NCBI GenBank assembly: GCA_963841545.1
Contig: CAWJDE010000008.1
Span: 59,957-123,956 of the forward strand
DNA from: an uncultured Chloroflexia bacterium
Lineage (GTDB): Bacteria; Chloroflexota; Limnocylindria; Limnocylindrales; CSP1-4
DNA length: 64,000 bases
Reading direction: 5' to 3'
The notes beneath the pieces were generated by a model. The model worked only from the letters and a program-made list of their open reading frames with translations, searched no databases and had not been told where the DNA came from. Numbering within the stretch: position 1 is the first letter of the stretch; each line of letters opens with the position of its first letter. The translations under genes were made by a program, and so were the position numbers. Positions 61,700-64,000 of this stretch are shown piece after piece.

Positions 61700-63235
61700 G
61701 TGACGCGTTCAGCCACCCGGCCACTCCTGCCGGGCATCGTCCACCTCGACCCCTCGAGCGAGCGGTTCCGCTGGTCCGTGCTCGGGGTCACCAGCCTCGG
61801 CGCCCTGCTCTCCGCGCTCACCTCGGGCACGCTCGTGATCGCGCTGCCCGACATCCTCCGGGACCTGCACACCGACCTGTTCGCGCTGCTGTGGATCGTC
61901 GTCGGCTACACGCTGGTGGCGACGGTGCTGGTCCTCAACGCCGGGCGCCTGGCCGACATGACCGGCCGGTCGCGCGCCTATGTCGCCGGCCTGGGCGTGT
62001 TCACGGCGGCGTCCGTGCTGTGCGGGCTTGCCCCCGACGCCAGGCTGCTGATCGCCGCCCGCATCGTCCAGGGGGTCGGCGGGGCGCTGTTGATGGCGAC
62101 CTCGACCGCGATCGTGACCGACGTGTTCCCACGCCGCGAGCTGGGACGGGCGCTGGGGATCAACGCGATGGTCATCGGCGCCGGCCTGATGCTCGGACCG
62201 ATCCTGGGCGGCTTCCTGACCGAGTTCGGCTGGCGGACCGTGTTCTGGTTCAACGTCCCGCTGGGGATCGTCGGCGCGCTCCTGGCGGCGGCGATCCTGA
62301 TGGACGTGCACGAGCCGACGGGCCGTCGCTCGTTCGACATCGCCGGCTCCGCCCTGTACCTCGTGGGCCTGCTGGCGTTGATGACGGCGCTGGCATTCGG
62401 GGGGCTGTATGGCTGGACGACGCCGTGGGTGCTGGGCGGGTTCGCCACCTTCGTCCTCGCCGCCCCCGTGTTCGTGTGGGTCGAGTGGCGCACCGCCGAG
62501 CCGCTGCTCGATCTCGATCTCTTCCGCAACCGGCTGTTCGCGATGGGCAACCTGACCGGGCTGCTCAACGGGATCGCCCGCAACGGCGTGCTGTTCCTGC
62601 TGGTGTTCTACCTGCAGGGCGCGAAGGGCGACGATCCGGTGACCGCCGGGATCCTGCTCGCGCCGCTGGCCGCGGGCCTGCTGGTCCTGTCGCCCATCAG
62701 CGGTGCGCTCGCCGACCGCTTCGGGTCGCGCGAGCTGGCCACGCTCGGGATGGTGGTGACCGGGATCGGGCTGGCCGGGCTGATGACGCTCCAGGTGGAC
62801 ACGCCGTACTGGCAGCTCGCGGTGTGGCAGCTGGTCATCGGCGCGGGCTCGGGCCTGTTCAACAGCCCCAACACGAGCGCCGTCATGGGCGTGGTGCCAC
62901 CGGCGCAGCGCGGCGTCGGCGCGGGCGCCCGCATGATGCTCACCCAGAGCGGGTTCGTGATCAGCATCGCGCTCGCGATCGGTCTCGTCACCACCGCGAT
63001 GGATCCCAAGGTGCTGCTGGCCGTGTTCTCCGGCACGCAGGTGGGTGCGCAGGGCATCGACCTCGGCCCGTTCATCTCCGCGCTCCACGTGGCGTTCGCG
63101 GCGGGTGTCGTGGCGAGCGCGATCGGCGCGGTGGCGTCGCTCATGCGCGGCGGGCACCAGAGCTGGGAGCCGGAGCCGGCTCGCGAGGCGGTCAGGATCG
63201 GCACGAGTGGCGGGCACGGAGCGCCCGACCGGTAG
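61700..63235 (+). CDS. DHA2-family MFS transporter
   Basis: GRLADMTGR, ARIVQGVGG, GPILGG, WRTVFWFNVPLG, PLLDL.LF. Confidence 0.92.
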   Translation: MTRSATRPLLPGIVHLDPSSERFRWSVLGVTSLGALLSALTSGTLVIALPDILRDLHTDLFALLWIVVGYTLVATVLVLNAGRLADMTGRSRAYVAGLGVFTAASVLCGLAPDARLLIAARIVQGVGGALLMATSTAIVTDVFPRRELGRALGINAMVIGAGLMLGPILGGFLTEFGWRTVFWFNVPLGIVGALLAAAILMDVHEPTGRRSFDIAGSALYLVGLLALMTALAFGGLYGWTTPWVLGGFATFVLAAPVFVWVEWRTAEPLLDLDLFRNRLFAMGNLTGLLNGIARNGVLFLLVFYLQGAKGDDPVTAGILLAPLAAGLLVLSPISGALADRFGSRELATLGMVVTGIGLAGLMTLQVDTPYWQLAVWQLVIGAGSGLFNSPNTSAVMGVVPPAQRGVGAGARMMLTQSGFVISIALAIGLVTTAMDPKVLLAVFSGTQVGAQGIDLGPFISALHVAFAAGVVASAIGAVASLMRGGHQSWEPEPAREAVRIGTSGGHGAPDR

Positions 63236-63240
63236 CTCCG

Positions 63241-63338
63241 CCCCGCCTGCCGCCGGGTCCGCCGCCGCGTACCATCGCCGTCGGGTCCGCCGCCCCCGCC
63301 TGCCGCCGGGTCCGCCGCCGCGTACCATCGCCGTCGGG
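63241..63338. repeat. 45-bp direct repeat (53-bp period) containing the tRNA promoter
   Basis: ccccgcctgccgccgggtccgccgccgcgtaccatcgccgtcggg at 63241 and 63294. Confidence 0.9.
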
Positions 63339-63432
63339 AGCGGAGGGGCCCCGGTGGGCTCCCCGGTCTTCAAAACCGGTGGCGCGGCGCCCGGCGTCGC
63401 GCGGTGGGTTCGACTCCCATGCGCTCCCGCCA
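63336..63432 (+). tRNA. selC: tRNA-Sec (anticodon UCA)
   Basis: GGGAGCG/CGCTCCC acceptor, CCGGT-CTTCAAA-ACCGG anticodon arm, long variable arm, GTTCGAC T-loop, GCCA end. Confidence 0.95.
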
Positions 63433-63551
63433 GCTGACACCGCAGCGCCTCGGCTCGCGTGCCCGCGCGGGCGGCCACCCGGCCACCGACCCCTGTGCGC
63501 ACCCGCACGGGTATCGGCCGCGTGGTGAGCAGCCGCGCGTAGCATGCTGCC

Positions 63552-64000
63552 GTGGCCGACACCCCGATCGATCGCGCCGCCGTCGAGGCCTACCTCCACG
63601 AGCACATCCCGATCTCGTCCGCGATGGGCATCGGCGTCGCCCGGGCCGGGCTGGTCGAGGTGGCCCTCACCGCGCCACTCGAACCGAACGTCAATCACCG
63701 CAGCACGGTGTTCGGCGGGAGCTGCGCGTCGGTGGCGATCCTGGCGGCCTGGACGCTCGTCCATCTGCGCGTTGCGGCAGCCGTGCCGGCACGGGTGGTG
63801 ATCCAGCACGGCGAGATGGGGTACCTGCGGCCGGTCGTGGGCGAGTTCACCGCGACGGCCCGCCTCGACGACGAGGCGGCATGGTCGCGGTTCGGCCGCA
63901 CCCTGGCCGGGCGCGGCCGGGCTCGGATCGAGCTCGATGCCGAGGTGACCAGTCGCGGCGCCGTGGTGGCCTCGTTCCACGGCCGCTACGTCGCGATCGG
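63552..64000 (+). CDS. YiiD C-terminal-like thioesterase (runs off window)
   Basis: Hand-translated: YLHEHIPISSAMGI, APLEPNVNHRSTVFGGS, GRARIEL, FHGRYVA. Confidence 0.88.
   Translation, partial: MADTPIDRAAVEAYLHEHIPISSAMGIGVARAGLVEVALTAPLEPNVNHRSTVFGGSCASVAILAAWTLVHLRVAAAVPARVVIQHGEMGYLRPVVGEFTATARLDDEAAWSRFGRTLAGRGRARIELDAEVTSRGAVVASFHGRYVAI

Overview
Very GC-rich bacterial window (visibly above 70% GC). It is probably from a monoderm organism; Chloroflexota such as Limnocylindria is a guess from gene style, not proven. The left third (1-26 kb) is mostly housekeeping: SDR, mmuM, acyl-CoA ligase, CtpA, metH, AlkA, RlpA/GH3, tnaA, LysA-like and fdhD, plus an orphan putative secreted metallopeptidase toxin with a partner gene. 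The centre (26.2-48.2 kb, all minus strand) is a co-oriented extracellular-electron-transfer-like island. It holds two tandem secreted hexaheme cytochromes whose heme and His motif order matches Geobacter OmcS nanowire subunits, and an octaheme cytochrome with a Pro-rich stalk. It also holds NHL and TPR companion proteins, a full System II cytochrome c maturation set, a NapC/NirT-like decaheme, a Rieske/cytochrome b/decaheme complex and a two-component system, for 40 heme-binding motifs in total. No porin is visible. The right part encodes a split, NAD-linked selenocysteine formate dehydrogenase (in-frame UGA plus SECIS), selD and tRNA-Sec. Two island genes carry apparent frameshifts that may be sequencing errors. 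All calls come from reading the sequence and recalled family motifs; no searches were run.
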